Shown piece after piece: positions 1 to 13,578 of a DNA stretch of 64,000 bases. The notes below the pieces were generated by a model that searched no databases, had not been told where the DNA came from, and saw only the letters and a program-made list of their open reading frames with translations. Numbering within the stretch: the stretch's first letter is position 1; each line of letters starts with the position of its first letter. A program made the position numbers and the translations under genes. The stretch lies in NCBI GenBank assembly GCA_964187785.1, contig OZ076413.1:41480001-41544000 (forward strand), written 5' to 3'. This stretch comes from Amphiscolops sp. MND2022. Taxonomy: Eukaryota.

Positions 1-3000
1 CACAAAAGTTAGTCAAACTCGCCTTCTAGGCGTTCTAGCTACCTGCAATTTTGTATGCGAGCGTAAATTATGCCCACGTAACAGAAAAACACGGCGGTGA
101 GGTGCCTGGATCAGTACTTGGTGATTCGGTGTGACTAAACCGTGATGTACCTGATGTCCCACTTTTTCGGGTCAAAATTCACAAAAATGTCAATTTCTCA
201 ACTTTGGCTAGCCACTGGCTGCTCAAATTGCACAAATCGTTTTGATTTGGTACCACGTGCTCGAAATTATGCAAAAAGAGGTGCTGGGATACCTTGGGAA
301 TATCACACGGGGCTCAACTAAAGTTCCGTTTTTTGGCAATTTTGTGCACATTTTCAGTGAAACTGCGGCAAAGATTTTTTCACGAGTATTGACAGTAGCG
401 CCAGCAAAGTCACGCAACTAGCGTTACTTTTTGCGCTCTACACGATGGTGCAATCCGTTTTTAGGATCCTGTTAGGAAAGATTTCGACTTGTCAAAAAAA
501 CGTGGTTGCCAAATACACGAAATGTCGCAAAAGTAGTGCGTTTTCGACTATTTCTCAGCAACCACTGCTCGTAATCACTCGCGGTTTTCTGCATTAGCAA
601 CGTGACACTCTATGTTACCAGAAAACAGGCAAGTGAAACCAGGTAGGTTCCAAACAAGATCTCTCAAAAATTTTGCAGATTGCACTTTTTACACTATCGG
701 AACAGTACTGAAAATGCGTATTTTCACCAAGAACTTGGTGTTCTTTGTTCTCAGGTGTTCCGAAAGGTTTTATCAGCAGTGTAAGAATGTGTAATAACTT
801 TATTCAGGGGACTGGGGTGATTTCAATAATTAGTTCAGTTTCAATAACACTCAGGTCTATGGGGGTCCTTCGCTCAGTTCTATTTGTAACAAAAGAAAGG
901 GACTGATATATGTTCAATTTATATGGGGGATAACTAGTAACCGTCTTGGTAGGAGTGTTTTGTACTAGCAAGCTCGACAATAAAGTTCTTGGGCTGCTCT
1001 AAGAGCTTGGGGAATAATGCCCAAGGTTTAGTCCTTGTCAAATTTGGTCAAAATGGCCAAACTTGACAATTTTTTTACACAAAAATTGCTAAATTTTTCT
1101 TGTTTTTCCCAAATTTAGCCCAACAAAAGGTTTTGCTCCTGACCTAGTAGGTCTGTTGGAACGTTTTTCCAGTATTCCCACTAGCCGTACTCAATTCTAC
1201 AAAACTTTGACTTTCAAAATTGGAAAAAATTCAGATTTGAGCTATAAATAGTGTTATTTTTGAGGTTTTCGCGCTCAAATTTTTCAACAACTGGTTTGAA
1301 CACCAACTGGGCATGTTTCCCAGTTAGTTTACGTGGGAAAAAGCTTGGGAATATGCTTTTTAAGCTACTAAATATGCAAAATAGCGATGTAACCCTGTTG
1401 ACGTCGGGTAGGGGCAACCAAACGGAGGAAGGAGGTCTGGTCGTGAAGGACGTCGTCCCGTCACCACAGCTGGTAGAAACGTTCACACTGCGTCCTCGCG
1501 GTCCCGATGCATTGCTAAGATACTTAAATGAAGCTACAGAACCCTTTAATACTAGTTCCGGATGAGCCGGATTGACTTTTTTCGACAGGTATAGTAAAGG
1601 CAAAAGGAGTACACTGTTTGAAACCGTCTATTTCTCGTTCCAGACCTCCGAAACATGCCAGGCACGCGGGAATTCCGTTAGAAGAAAAACTAGTAGGCTC
1701 GAAAAAAGCAATAAAAATAAACTAGAACTCTCCCGTAAGTTTTCCTAGATCTGGACCCTCGCGGCCGGAAAGCAGGAGTTGCTCCTACTGGGACGTGAAA
1801 ATGGAAATATATCCCTCTGTGGTCGCCATAAAAACTATTCCAGATGTAACGTCCGGCTAGCGGCGCACAACTAGGAAGAGGGAAAATGCCTAGGGTGCTT
1901 AAACAGGAGACCATTGTCTTGCTACATCCTTAGACACTAGCTTTTATTCCCAAAATGGTCTCCTAGGGGGACTTTTCTTGCGTCTAAGGAGGCTCCTCTA
2001 GTTAGAGCTCCGAGGCGAGGTGCCGGCACTCTCAAAGTCCGTACATGCCCCACAAGCCTGTAAAAACGAATCCTAAGGTTTCTAGGGTGTTCCCGCAACT
2101 CCTACAGACTTCCGAGGTCCAAAAAAAGTAACTAACTGAAATACATTGTATTTGGGGTATAAGGACTAAAATGGAGACCTAAGCAGGTCAAACATCGTCC
2201 AAATACTCTGTAAACGGTGACAAAACACAGAGATAAGCCCCAATAACATTACAGTTCAAGGTTGGTCATCAGTCTGGCCTCTGGCATGATTCCTCATCTT
2301 CTGGACACAATGGTCTCATTTGGCATTTTTCTGCCGAAACCCTGTCTTTTTGCTGTCAGATTGCTTAATTCCTAATTCTCTCGCCTTCTGGGTGATGACA
2401 TCTCAGACATTCACGTTCATGGGTGGGGGTGGGGTGTGCTTTTGCCTTTATTTTGCTTCCTCTACTTTTTTCGTACCTGCCGGGTCGGCCATCTTGAATG
2501 TGCTTGTTTGATACTGCACCTTTCGAACTTTTGATCGAAATTTTCAAACACTTCTGCGACGTCCCCTGCCTGACGTTACAAGACATCTTCAAAAAAGCAG
2601 TATTAACCAATCGTTTTTTGTTCAATTAGGCCGACATTTCTTTCTGAGATCTTCATCATCAACTAAAATAACACAACGTTGTCATTAGGTTCAATAATCA
2701 CTTCTGTGGGAACACATCTTATTTCCGAAACTATGAGAAATTTAGTTGCTGCAATCACATGTAATCAAAAGTTTGCTGTAGTTGTACTTTTATGCTGTGA
2801 AAACGCATAAAAACGCCTTAACTTTAATTTTTTTTTTGATTGAAAAAGGTGCTCTTGAACACCACTGAGATAGAGAACTGGCGAACTAAAATTAGTAGTT
2901 CCACGTCTAAAAAATTACTATAAATCACTTCGTGCCAAACTTTGTTTTGATTAGTTACGATATTATGATTCTGAATCAACAAGCTGACTTCAAAAGACCC

Positions 3001-3120
3001 TTTGACAGTTTCCCAGTTTTTGAATCCCCTGATTGATATTTAATGAAATGCATAAATTATCACAGACATGCTAAAACCATCCATGGATAACAAAGCATGC
3101 AGCCTTCTGTTATCGATAGC

Positions 3121-3584
3121 GTAACGACAACTCATATCAAGCGACAATTCATAAAAGGCCACAATTCGTATCAATTTGAAAAAGCGACAACTCATATGAA
3201 GCGATAACTCATATCAATTAGGAAAAAGCGACAACTCATAACATGTTTGCCAATAGGTTACAAATACTTGTATTCAATTTCAAGAAATAAGAATAAATTC
3301 ATTTAAAAATTCTAGTTTATTTATAATTATTTCGCCTTTTAGGCACTCTACCCACCACAACTATTTTCTCTACAACCATTTGAACGAAGGTGTGATAAGG
3401 AAATGATTATCCATGACATTGATATTTACCATGAAAGCTTGTTACTCTTTCTAATAATTACTTGTCAAGTATCTAATTTTCTCTAATTATCTAATTAATA
3501 TAGATTCAAATTTTCTGATATGAGTTTGATTGATATGAGTTATCGCTTGATATGAGTTGTCGCTTGATATTAGTTGTCGCCGTA
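3121..3584. mobile_element. Foldback/MITE-like element with arms built of ~17-bp tandem units
   Basis: Left arm 3121-3241 has repeated GCGACAACTCATATCAA units. Right arm 3517-3584 has the reverse complement TTGATATGAGTTGTCGC. AT-rich spacer, no ORF, no clear TSD. Confidence 0.7.
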
Positions 3585-4575
3585 CGGTCATCGATCTTCT
3601 TGGACCAATCATGGGTTCTCATCCGAATCATGAACATGGGTTATTAACCATGGTTCGAATGTAATGAAAATTACCATGGATGACTAGTCACCCCAGTTGG
3701 GACTACTGGAACTTTTTACATGCTACAGGCCTGCATTCACGGTATTTTTTATAAACCCTAGAAATTTCAGTTAGGTTCTTGTAGTGAATCTTGTAGAATT
3801 AGACTGCCTTTTCCACTACAGCAATCTGATGTGATCACCGCTTCTGAAATAGCACGCTAAACATGACGCTAATTTGCAATTTATTACGCGACTGAAGTTG
3901 TTTTGCATCAAAATGGTGGTAAAAGTGATAGTAACTTATTTGCTTTTAAAATGAGAACGGCTTCTCTATGAAACCTGCAAAACTTCAAGGCTCAAACTAC
4001 CGGCAAAATTTAGATGAATCTTTTAAGCAGCTTGATGAAAGCCACGTACAACAGGGAAAAGTTTTCGCATGAAAGATTCCGTGAGAGTTTTAGAAAATTA
4101 TAATAAATTATACTGGCAACATCGTTGTACATGCAAAACGTTCAAGCAATTTCAACAAGGGCATGATTCGAATGTAATGGAAATCGCCCTGGATGATTAG
4201 CGATGATTCGAATGTAATGAAAAAGCCATGATCATTGATGAAAAACCGAGAATTAGCCAAGATGGTGAACCTGATTTGTATCTCATTCGCAATTGGTTTG
4301 CAACAACTGCAGTTGTTGATACAATTAAGAAATGTTCAACAGTTTAACAGTTTAAAGAGCGAAAACGGTGTACTTCTTGATTATGTTCCATAGCAAGTTG
4401 CTGAATTACATTCCATTGACAGTTTTCACTATCAGAAATATCAGACATTTAAATTATTGTAATAGTTCAACATACGAGTGAGGATTTTAAATTATTTCAG
4501 GTGCCGAAATTCATGATTTTCGAAGCACTTTTCCAAAATTCAATGAACTGTTTATTTTACATTACTCTACTAGAG

Positions 4576-4620
4576 TAATTAGACTAACTTAAAGCTAGTA
4601 GCTTTAAGTTAGTCTAATTA
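4576..4620. repeat. Perfect 22-bp inverted repeat with 1-nt spacer
   Basis: TAATTAGACTAACTTAAAGCTA-G-TAGCTTTAAGTTAGTCTAATTA; it overlaps a second palindrome ATTACTCTA-C-TAGAGTAAT at 4561-4579. Confidence 0.95.
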
Positions 4621-5325
4621 TATTCAAAACCGAATTTGTCAAATCAAACATCGTTCAATCTTACGACTTTGTTCACGTCATTCGTTTTTTACATCGATTG
4701 CGCCAACGGGCGAGTGTTGAGTGTTGCAAGTTAGTTTAATCAATCATCTAGCCAGTGTTTTTTTAATACATAACCGAGATTTGCCGACCAAAACCAAAGC
4801 TTGAGTCATTTTCGTCAGCTCAGCGTTCATTAACTAGTCACATGGGTGTTTAATTGCTTTGGTAAGCAATTGATTACATATAACTAGTAGTTTAACAATA
4901 TTCATGAATACTTGTTTTGTTGATTTCTAGAGTGTTTCCAGGTCCATCTAACGTTATGACTACAACAATATTAAAGTCAGATTCCTTACAGCCCTTACAA
5001 GGCAAACGAGTGATCCAGAAATCCAGTGACCCTAATCCTCGAACGAAGTCCAACAAGAAGGTCAGTATTAACAGTAATGAACTTATTACTTAGTTCATAT
5101 TCAATCATATATATTGAAAGACAGCTCTCATATTTTTCAATATATTTGAAGACAATGAAATTCAATATGAAATATCTTTCAATATATTGAAAGACAGCCA
5201 TCTTTTGAGTATCCTAACGTTTTACCCTTTTCTTAGTCATGTTCCCATCCGATCAATGTAAGAATAATCAAGTAAGAATAAGATGAATTCTTTCGACCAG
5301 ATGACGTAACTCTGCATTAATTATG

Positions 5326-5965
5326 AAACAAGACGGAACGCCCCACTGCAGGCACACAAAGCGAACAGTTTTTAAAACATGCTCAGGGCTTTTTTAAACA
5401 AAAAACGTACAAAAATGTGTCTATCCACCGAAAGGGTGCCTTTCGTGCTCAGAAAACGCTTCAAAAGTTTGGATATAGCGTGCTGGGCAACATGGGAGCA
5501 CTTTTTCGAAACTCGGCCTCCTCTTTACTAGAGCGCAATTTACTTCGGATATAACGTCAAAAAATTGGGTAGCATTAGTGGATATATATATTGCGAAACC
5601 CTAATTTCAGACGAATTATGAAAACTTTGAACCAGTCTCATAGTGCCGAAAAATGTAAACGGGGCTTTGGTCTTTTCAAAATATCAACAAAATTGAAAGG
5701 GGGTCTCTTTAGATACATTGAAAAACATTCAAAAAGTCTCGCAATGCCGAAAAAAATCAAAATGGGGAACCCTTTAGTCTCGCATGGTTTTGTATGTTGC
5801 ATTAAAAAGGAAAAATTGAAAGTCGGACCCTTTGCACTTACTTAGATGCGTTTCCGAGGAATTCGTTTAGTTGAACAAATGGAACAAAGATTCGAGTCTG
5901 TCCTAAAGAAAAAAACCAGTGACTGTAATTGTAGGGCTCTTTTATTCTGCAAGCGCGGTCTAAAA
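5326..5965 (-). mobile_element. Interspersed non-autonomous repeat, DINE-1/Helentron-like family
   Basis: One end reads AACAAG on + and the other GCGCGGTCTAAAAA. Internal GGATATAACGTCAAAA and GCCGAAAAA...AAAGGGGG motifs are shared with 11384-11640 and, inverted, with 20863-21403. Confidence 0.55.
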
Positions 5966-6106
5966 ACAATCGAGCTGAGAAAACCTCGGTGTTTCTTTGA
6001 ATACGTAACAAAGAAAATCTGAACAAACTTGCATAGTTATAACTGCACTTCATGAATAACTATATGACTATATAACTATAACTATATAACTATAAATGTG
6101 TTTTCA

Positions 6107-6366
6107 ACAAGACGACAACGCCTGCAGTAGATGCCCTGCTCAAAGCTCAAAAGCGTCAAGTTTCGAAAATATGCTCAAGGTGTGTTTAAAAAATCTCACT
6201 AAAAAAGAGAGCAGAAAAACACCCAAAAGTAACTAAGGAGTACTCTTTGGCTGTTTTGGGTTCCCTTTAGTTCGTAGCCGTAAAGTTTTAAAAAAGGACC
6301 ATTCAGTGGAAGCTCTGTGGTCTGGAGAAAAAAAGTAATTTTCTTATGAAATGCGCTGACTAAAAA
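6107..6366 (-). mobile_element. Short related copy of the AACAAG-ended repeat family
   Basis: Starts AACAAGACGACAACGCCTGCAG, similar to 5326, and ends GAAATGCGCTGACTAAAA. Confidence 0.45.
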
Positions 6367-7369
6367 CAGGACCCGATTTTTCAAGATAATGTCTGTTGAT
6401 TCTTTATCAAGCGTATGAAGGAGCACAAGCGCTTTTTTCCAACAGTCTCAGTTACTATGTGGTATCCAGTGAAAATGCCAACAGTCTCCTTTTTGGCACA
6501 ATCCTTTTTTTTCGAGATGTTTTTTGATTTTCTTCTGCTGAACTGTAGCAGCTGTAAAAATAGAATCAAGCCGTTATAAAGAATTTCATAAAATGTTCAA
6601 AGCATCAAAGTTGAAAAGTTGGCAAAATGTCCCGAGAAACTGAAAATAGTCAAAATTACCTTTGACCTTACAACATGCACACTTGGAACGGTTTTTACAA
6701 AACATGAGATAAAGTTCTTGGAACTTTGTGTTAAATTTCGAACATTGCTCATGACAGAGGGGTTCTCAGGATCACGAACGTTTCCAATTATTGTCTATTT
6801 CTGATAAATCGAATCAATATATAGTTTTTAGGGTTTGTAATCTTGACAGACGTTCAAAATTTATTACTATACATACAATAGGTTTTGTAGGCGTTTAAAA
6901 TGCTTATGTTAAAAGATTCCTCTTTTTGGAAAGTAAAAATTTTTGTTTTTTGTAGTTTCTGAATAAGTACACTTATTCGAACGACTTGTAATTCTAGGAC
7001 CAAATTATTCTAGGACCAAATACCTATGAGATCAAGAAAACGCAACTTTTTCGGGTTATGGATGTTGCAACTAATGGATTACTTTGAGTAATGATTGCTA
7101 TAAACATGATCACATACTTATGTGAGATTTCGAAGACTTTAGGAGACTCACAAATGCTCAGCATGTTGACTGGTGATCATGAAGCGGGACCTCTTTGATG
7201 CGGACCTCTTTGAGTTAAGTAGGAGGTCAACTTGTTATTTGGTCAGCGTTCACGTGGGATTAGACCTGAGTAGGATTAGACCTCAGGATTAGGTCAAAGT
7301 ACGAGATGTTAGTCTGAATTTCAAACCTAAGAAACACAATTTTTTCTAAAAAGAAAGAGACGTCTCTCA

Positions 7370-8050
7370 GTGCTTCTCAAACGTTTTCAACAGCAATATA
7401 AATGTTGCTCTTTCATCCATTCTAAAGTTAGACTATTTCAGCTGATTAGATATTGGTCTCAGGAAAAAAGCCAAGGAGGCAAACAAGAATGCGCTGACAT
7501 TCCAGAAACAATCCCAAGTGTGGAGGAAACTTTCACCATATGTCCTCCAATCCTAACGAACGTTGCAACCAGAGATGGAATGGCAATCGTCAAAATCGAC
7601 AGCGAAGCAATTACTCACTTGAGAAAATTGACACGATCGAAAGATAACTCTGACGGGAAAATACTACCAGGATTCTTGGTTAGCAGCCCACTAAACTGGG
7701 CTACAACTGAAGCATTCGCTCTGAAATTAGAAAACTTGCCCAAAATCAACGCTTCAGTGAAGATCTTCTGGGACGGATGCTCGGGTGAAGAGGCGGGAAA
7801 GTTCGTGTCCGTGTTTGTGGAAATTTCTGACCCTGAGGGAAAGACGCTGGAAGGTCAGTTCGTGGTGACTCTGTTCCTGAAGAACCTGAAGGACGGGAAG
7901 GGCAACCCGTTCAAGAAGAGCATCAAGTTGCTTCCCTCCGGACCTCGAGTGGAGAGGGGAGTCAGAGACTTTGTACCCATTGAACAGTTCGATAAGTTGC
8001 TAGAAGAAGAATCTATCGTCAGTTTTGGGATCCTTGTCAAGCAGCTGTAG
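7370..8050 (+). CDS. MATH/TRAF-C-like domain protein, copy 1 (probably a terminal exon; true start uncertain)
   Basis: 226-codon open frame paralogous to 25618-26283. The C-terminal pattern KIFWDGCSGEEAGKFVSVFVEI...VTLFLKN...GVRDFVPIEQFDKLLEEESIVSFGILV resembles the MATH beta-sandwich pattern. Candidate acceptor TATTTCAG at ~7441. Confidence 0.7.
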   Translation: MLLKRFQQQYKCCSFIHSKVRLFQLIRYWSQEKSQGGKQECADIPETIPSVEETFTICPPILTNVATRDGMAIVKIDSEAITHLRKLTRSKDNSDGKILPGFLVSSPLNWATTEAFALKLENLPKINASVKIFWDGCSGEEAGKFVSVFVEISDPEGKTLEGQFVVTLFLKNLKDGKGNPFKKSIKLLPSGPRVERGVRDFVPIEQFDKLLEEESIVSFGILVKQL

Positions 8051-9449
8051 ATTGTGAAGGAGTTATCCTTACCCATGCAATTTACGATGACTTGATTTCA
8101 ATTATCACTAAAAGTTTATACCATGGTTTGGAAAATATAGACTTTATCATGTAATTGCTTAACCATGTAAATTCTGAACAGTATCGAGCTTTGACTAAAG
8201 GTCTCCTAATTTTAAGATGGCTCACTCATAATACGTTGATAATTAGTAGTTGTTTAGTACACAAAACCTTTTTTGGAGAACGATTGCTAGATTCCTTTGT
8301 ATGGTTGAGTTGTAGTTCAGGTCGTCAGAAAAAAAACGCAAAAAACTTGAGGCGAAATGAAAAAACTTAAAAAAAACTAAACTGAGTGAACCAGAACTGG
8401 AATTCCCCTAACCCTCAAAGGCGGACAAGCAACTCTCCAATTAGAAAATCAACATTAGTCCTGGCACAATTGAACATCATTTTTCTGTCCAATATCATTT
8501 TTCATTCCAATATCACTAACCGTTTCAACGAATTGCTTCCTCAGAAAACTTTGCTACAACCTATTGAAAATTTGATGCAACTAGACAAAGTTGTTTTCTG
8601 AGTTTCATTCAGGGTTTCAACTGCGTAATGATAAAGTAAAGTAGTTTTGTATTGTTTATTGCCTATAGCAACGTATCAATTTTAAAGCATTGGAGTTCCG
8701 ATTGTCCTCTTACAATCAAGACTATCATCCTATGACTAAAATCAAGACTAACATCGAGACATTGTCAACCAAGATAATCTCATCCAGATTGTTGTAACAC
8801 TCATCACAAGGGTCATCGTAAACGTCTCGTCCTCTTGGAAAACCTAAACGATTATCGTTGGAAAAATTTTGATGGTCACTGCTTTGCGTTGGTTTGAAAA
8901 CCAATTTCCAACCTTTGAGAGCTCTTCTCTAGTCTAGGAGAAAATGAAACTTTGAACTTATCTTGCAAAAAAAGGTTATTCTTGTGAGTTTTTTGCACCA
9001 AAGACCATACCATTTATGACCGGAAGCCCGAAATGAATTCGGTCGGTTTTGTTGATGAGGTCATCAAAGGTCAGCACTTGAGGTTGAAGGAGTACGCTTC
9101 AGGAAGAATAAAAGAACACCATTGGTTTTCGTAATATTTGAAGATACTAAATAGAACATTTCAACATTTCTAAAAGATGTTGAAAAAAATTGTGACTAAA
9201 TTAAATGTTTTTTAGGGAGAGGAGTAGTTGCACGGTCGTAGACGCCACTAATATTTTGATGAAAAAATACAACAGAAAAAGATTCAATGTTATCTCTTAA
9301 TTATTCAAATTTTTAGTCTGAAATTGACCTCTCGATAGTAAATGCGAATAGGAATGAGTGGGAATAATCATAAGGTGCCGTTCTATAGAGAGAATACACA
9401 GAAACGTTTTTTACACCTCGAATTCTCAGCCGAAGCTTGCAAGAAACTT

Positions 9450-9794
9450 TCAAGTTCCATAATTTTCTTGCAAGAATCTTGCAATTGCAATCCGTTTGTT
9501 TGCAAGAATAATATTTGAAAGAATATTGTATTGACGTTTTCTCTGCATTGCTGAAGTTCTATCTATATCATTTCTTCTAGTCCCCGAAGGTTCCGGTTCT
9601 GGTCTGACACATTTGCCTTGCCAGACTGAGATGTAGTCGTAGTTTAATTCACACCGCCTATTTGTGCTACGGTTGTTTGAGTGTTTTCTTCGGAATTTTG
9701 TGAACCTTTTAGAACGGCGTGGAGTCGGGAGCGTGTTCATTGACGTGTTCTTAATGGTTTTCGTTTTGTTTCTTTGTGAATAAAATTTGCTCAT
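9450..9794 (-). CDS. Hypothetical 114-aa basic protein
   Basis: ATG-initiated ORF in apparently non-repetitive DNA, preceded by a TTTTGTTTTCAG acceptor-like site about 40 nt upstream. No recognisable domain. Confidence 0.25.
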   Translation of the reverse strand: MSKFYSQRNKTKTIKNTSMNTLPTPRRSKRFTKFRRKHSNNRSTNRRCELNYDYISVWQGKCVRPEPEPSGTRRNDIDRTSAMQRKRQYNILSNIILANKRIAIARFLQENYGT

Positions 9795-11383
9795 TATTCT
9801 AAGATTTTTAAAGACAGTGAGTTGAAGTTATCTGAAAACAAAACCAATGGACATTTCTCTATAATAGCAATGATATGTAAATATGTAAAAACGTTTGATC
9901 TTGATCACAAAGACGGAAACTACCAAAGAACGAGAACGTTGCTGTTTTAAGGCGTTTTTTCTAGGTATGAAACTTGTAGAGACAGTTATGAGAGTTAGAT
10001 TTCGGGTTGGTGTTAGAGTGACCTATTTGAAAAGAATGATGATATTGAAACGCTAAAATGAAGCAGACTCTGAAAGCGATTGTCTCTATTGTTCTTTCAA
10101 TACTAAAGACTAACATCCTCGACAAAGGGAAGTAAGACCCATGACATGACATATCCCGTGCCTTCTCAGGACCTCGCGGGGCTTTTCTGTAAGAACCTAT
10201 GTGGCCATAACTACATGCAAGTTTGACTAACACTTCTTAAGTTCCGAACTTTATTCTCACGGCCTCTTGATTTCTAGATACAGAGTACTCCAAGGATCTA
10301 GTCTGGGAGTTCTTTTAGAACATTGATTGCTCTTTCTGCAGAAGACGACAGGGTTTCTACCATTTTGTGAGACTGTTCTGAGGTTTCAGGTAAACCTACA
10401 TAAAGGACACGCTTTCATTTTGCTATGTTTCATTTTCTTTTCTGTTTTTTTTCGGCAAGCAAGCACCCGAAAGTCCAGGCTTCTGAATTTCCCACGTTTT
10501 TGAATTTCAGCGCAAGCTTACACCTGCTTTCTCGAAAGTTAAATTGAAACTTTGTGTACCTTGCAGGACGTCTGTTTTGTCAGACAGTTTTGTGTTTTTT
10601 TTCGAAAATGCCAAAAACTTGAAGCGACAGTTCTATGAATCAACGGATTTTATTCGAGAGTGAGATGAAATTGATATCTACCAAAATTGTGAGACCATTA
10701 AAAAGCAAAAAAAAAACATGCAGAAGTGCAAAAAACATACAACGATATTGCAAAAGTTTCATCATGGTTCTGCATCCAACAAACGTTTTCGTTTCTTTTC
10801 GGAGTTTGAAAACATGTTAGTCATAAAAAAGTTGATGCGGTTTAGACTCGATGAATTTTCTGCGTTACAACATTTCACAACACTATGTGAGATGCGCTTT
10901 TCATTTGATGTTGAATATTTGATGTCGACTCCAGTCATCGCCAAAGCAAAAACAAAAAGTCTTTTTTAGACGATCTCATCAACACGACTAAATCGCAAAC
11001 CAATACGAGCAGTCGGTTGTTCTAAACTGGCGAGAGACCACATTTTCAATTTTCACAGCAGTCCAAAAAACATTTCAACAACATCGGTTTGCCAAAATTT
11101 TGTGTAAAAGCTCCTGGGAATTCCTGACTTCAAAGTTGGCGCATTGTTCTTTCTACGTTGCAGATAACTTATTTTGGATTTATATGGTGTAATTAATCTG
11201 CGAAAATATCTAGGCATGCTTTTAAACCCCCATTAACACACGTGAAACTATGTGAAAATATTGAATTGGCAACAATTAAAAGCTGCTTGTATGAATTCAT
11301 ACAACATCAGGATAGAGTTTCACAGAGTGTTTCAAGAATGGTTAAAAAGTAACTTTGGTTACTTTAGTTGAATTCATTAGCTT

Positions 11384-11640
11384 AACAAGTCGGGAACGTC
11401 TAAAGTCGGCGCTATATCTAAGGGTCAAAAACCGCAGATTTGAAATATGCGTAGGATGTTTTCGAACCTCCGCCTCCTCCTTACAAAAACGCATATAGTT
11501 CGGATATAACGTCAAAAGTTCGGATATAGCGCTCAACTCCAGATATTACGAGGGGGGACTTCAATAAAATCGAAGGGGGACCCTTTGAAGACAAAAAATT
11601 CGAAAAAGTCTCACAGCGCCGAAAGAAATTGAAAAACTAT
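11384..11640 (-). mobile_element. Truncated DINE-1/Helentron-like repeat copy
   Basis: AACAAGTCGGGAACGTCTAAAGTCGGCGCTATATCTAAG matches the reverse complement of the end of 20863-21403. Confidence 0.6.
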
Positions 11641-12008
11641 CATTGAATTCTAGACAATCTGCAGAAACCTATGAACTTGAAAATTTTAGAAAAACTATCC
11701 AAAAACTGCCCAAAACTGGGAGAATAGCGGAAGAGTTCTTTCTGCGTCTGAAATTTCCCTTGATGTGCCAATCAGAATTGAAAGTTAGAGCAAATAAGCA
11801 CTTGATAACGACGCTCAGTGCACAGGGGGACGATTTGTTAATCACAGTACTGTAGCTACTTTTTACTTCCAACCCAATTAGAATGTGATCAACGTTTTTG
11901 AGTTCTTTAACGCGAACCTTTAACGACCAATGCTAGAGAGTTTTCGTTTTCAGGAATGCAATAAATAAAAGAGAAAGAGTGTTGATTTTTGTTCTCGAAA
12001 ACTGTTGA

Positions 12009-12240
12009 TCCGAATGGAAACTAGCCAGTCAGCCAACCCTATCTCTGTGTCCTCCAATCCTGACGAATGTACCCAGTGAAAAAGACATGCTGATAATCAT
12101 AAATGATCGAACAGCTGTTTCTCAACTCAGAAATTTTGCATCTTATCAACGACAGGTCCCCGCCATACCCTTACGAATCACAGGCTACCCAAGTTTCACA
12201 TCCTGAAGAATATACCTGCTTTAAAATTGAGCCGGTATTT
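12009..12240 (+). pseudogene. Degraded third paralog of the MATH-like genes
   Basis: Manual translation KLASQPTLSLCPPILTNVPSEKDMLIIINDRTAVSQLRNF...ITGYPSFTS* aligns with NKASERQLTLCQPILTNVATRDGMAIVKIDREAVSHLRNI...ITVPNFTW of copy 2. Flanked by stops at 12006 and 12204. Confidence 0.7.
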
Positions 12241-13578
12241 ACCTAGTAGTCCAAGTTTTTTCATATCAAGAGATTGAGGGAGTTTTAATATTCAAACAAA
12301 CAAGGTGACATTAACACATTCTGTAGAAAACATTCTTAAAAGATTAGGTAGCAAAGAAATCATTGAACCAGATGTAGATAGTTTGTCTCGAAGATCCAAA
12401 AGGAGATGAAATGGTGAGTCGATGTCTAATGCACCTTGCGGAGAGAGAGAGACTCGAAGCAAGAGGGACTAAGGTCAATGAAAAACAAAAGTGGAATTGT
12501 TCAGGGTTATGGTGAGCAATCGTTAGAAATATGGAGATACTCACTGGCAAAAGAACTAACACATCACTGAGAATCTTGATGAAATCAGAGGTACGCTCGA
12601 CATATCATTACATAGAGCAGTTACCTCTCGATTATATGAAAGAGTCATTTCACAAATTCTAGTGACAATAGGTGCGTTGAGGCAAACAACAAACATATGC
12701 GTGAATAACAGGCCCATGAGGCCCGAACAAGATAGCGAAAGTAGCTGCGGTATTAATAAAAAAGGTAAAACATTTGCTCACTGTTTCCTATCTTTGGAGA
12801 AGGCCAGCATTTGTTTATGGCATAAACAAATGCTGGCCTTCTCCAAAGAAAGGAAACAAATAATCGAGAGAAAACCATTTTATATGTATTTGTCAGATCT
12901 GTTGAGGCATCATTTTTGTTCAAATGTTCCGTTACTTTTACTATGTTAAACCATTGAAGCTTGTCATAGAACACAACAGTTACCGCAATGACAAACGATG
13001 TGCGTAAACGAAAAATTTAGGACCTTGAAAGTCTAAGAAAAGTAGCATTTAACATTTTGGAGTTTCACGATTCCCACCCAAGATTGCTCCTAACGAGAGG
13101 AAAGGTTTTTCCAGCAAACTAATGAGCAGCATTGAAACGACACGTCAGAGAAAAATTTCTGGAACTCTGAGGAAAACGTTGCGCAATCTTTACCTAATTC
13201 AAGCAGAAACTGTTGGAAAAAGCTGACAGTATCTAATTTTTTAAAGAGAAACAAAAAAGTGAGAAGATTCAGTTTCTCTCAGCGATTGGAAATTGCAAAC
13301 TCGCATTTATTGAACATCAAAGTGTGATCTTATCGAAGCGACTGTTTTACAAGTCGGAGATGTTTACAAGTAGCCTAACAGTCCTGCATTGCTTTAATCC
13401 CAACCAACCTGCAAGAAATTTTTATTGGATTCTATTCAAATTGACCAACATTCCAAAGTGCGGTAGAGTAAAGGGACAAAAAGTGCAGTAAAAATGCTAC
13501 AGTCTAAACTAACGTTAACTCGTATAATTAGAAATGAAACCTTTTCAAATTTTCTTGATGACACTTCACCAAACCAAC

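Noticed and set aside
1214..1603. Overlapping 104-aa and 129-aa ORFs
   Set aside because: Non-ATG starts, no recognisable motif, and located in repeat-like DNA.
9010..9135. Exon-like frame IYDRKPEMNSVGFVDEVIKGQHLRLKEY
   Set aside because: Short, with no clear splice sites or recognisable homology.
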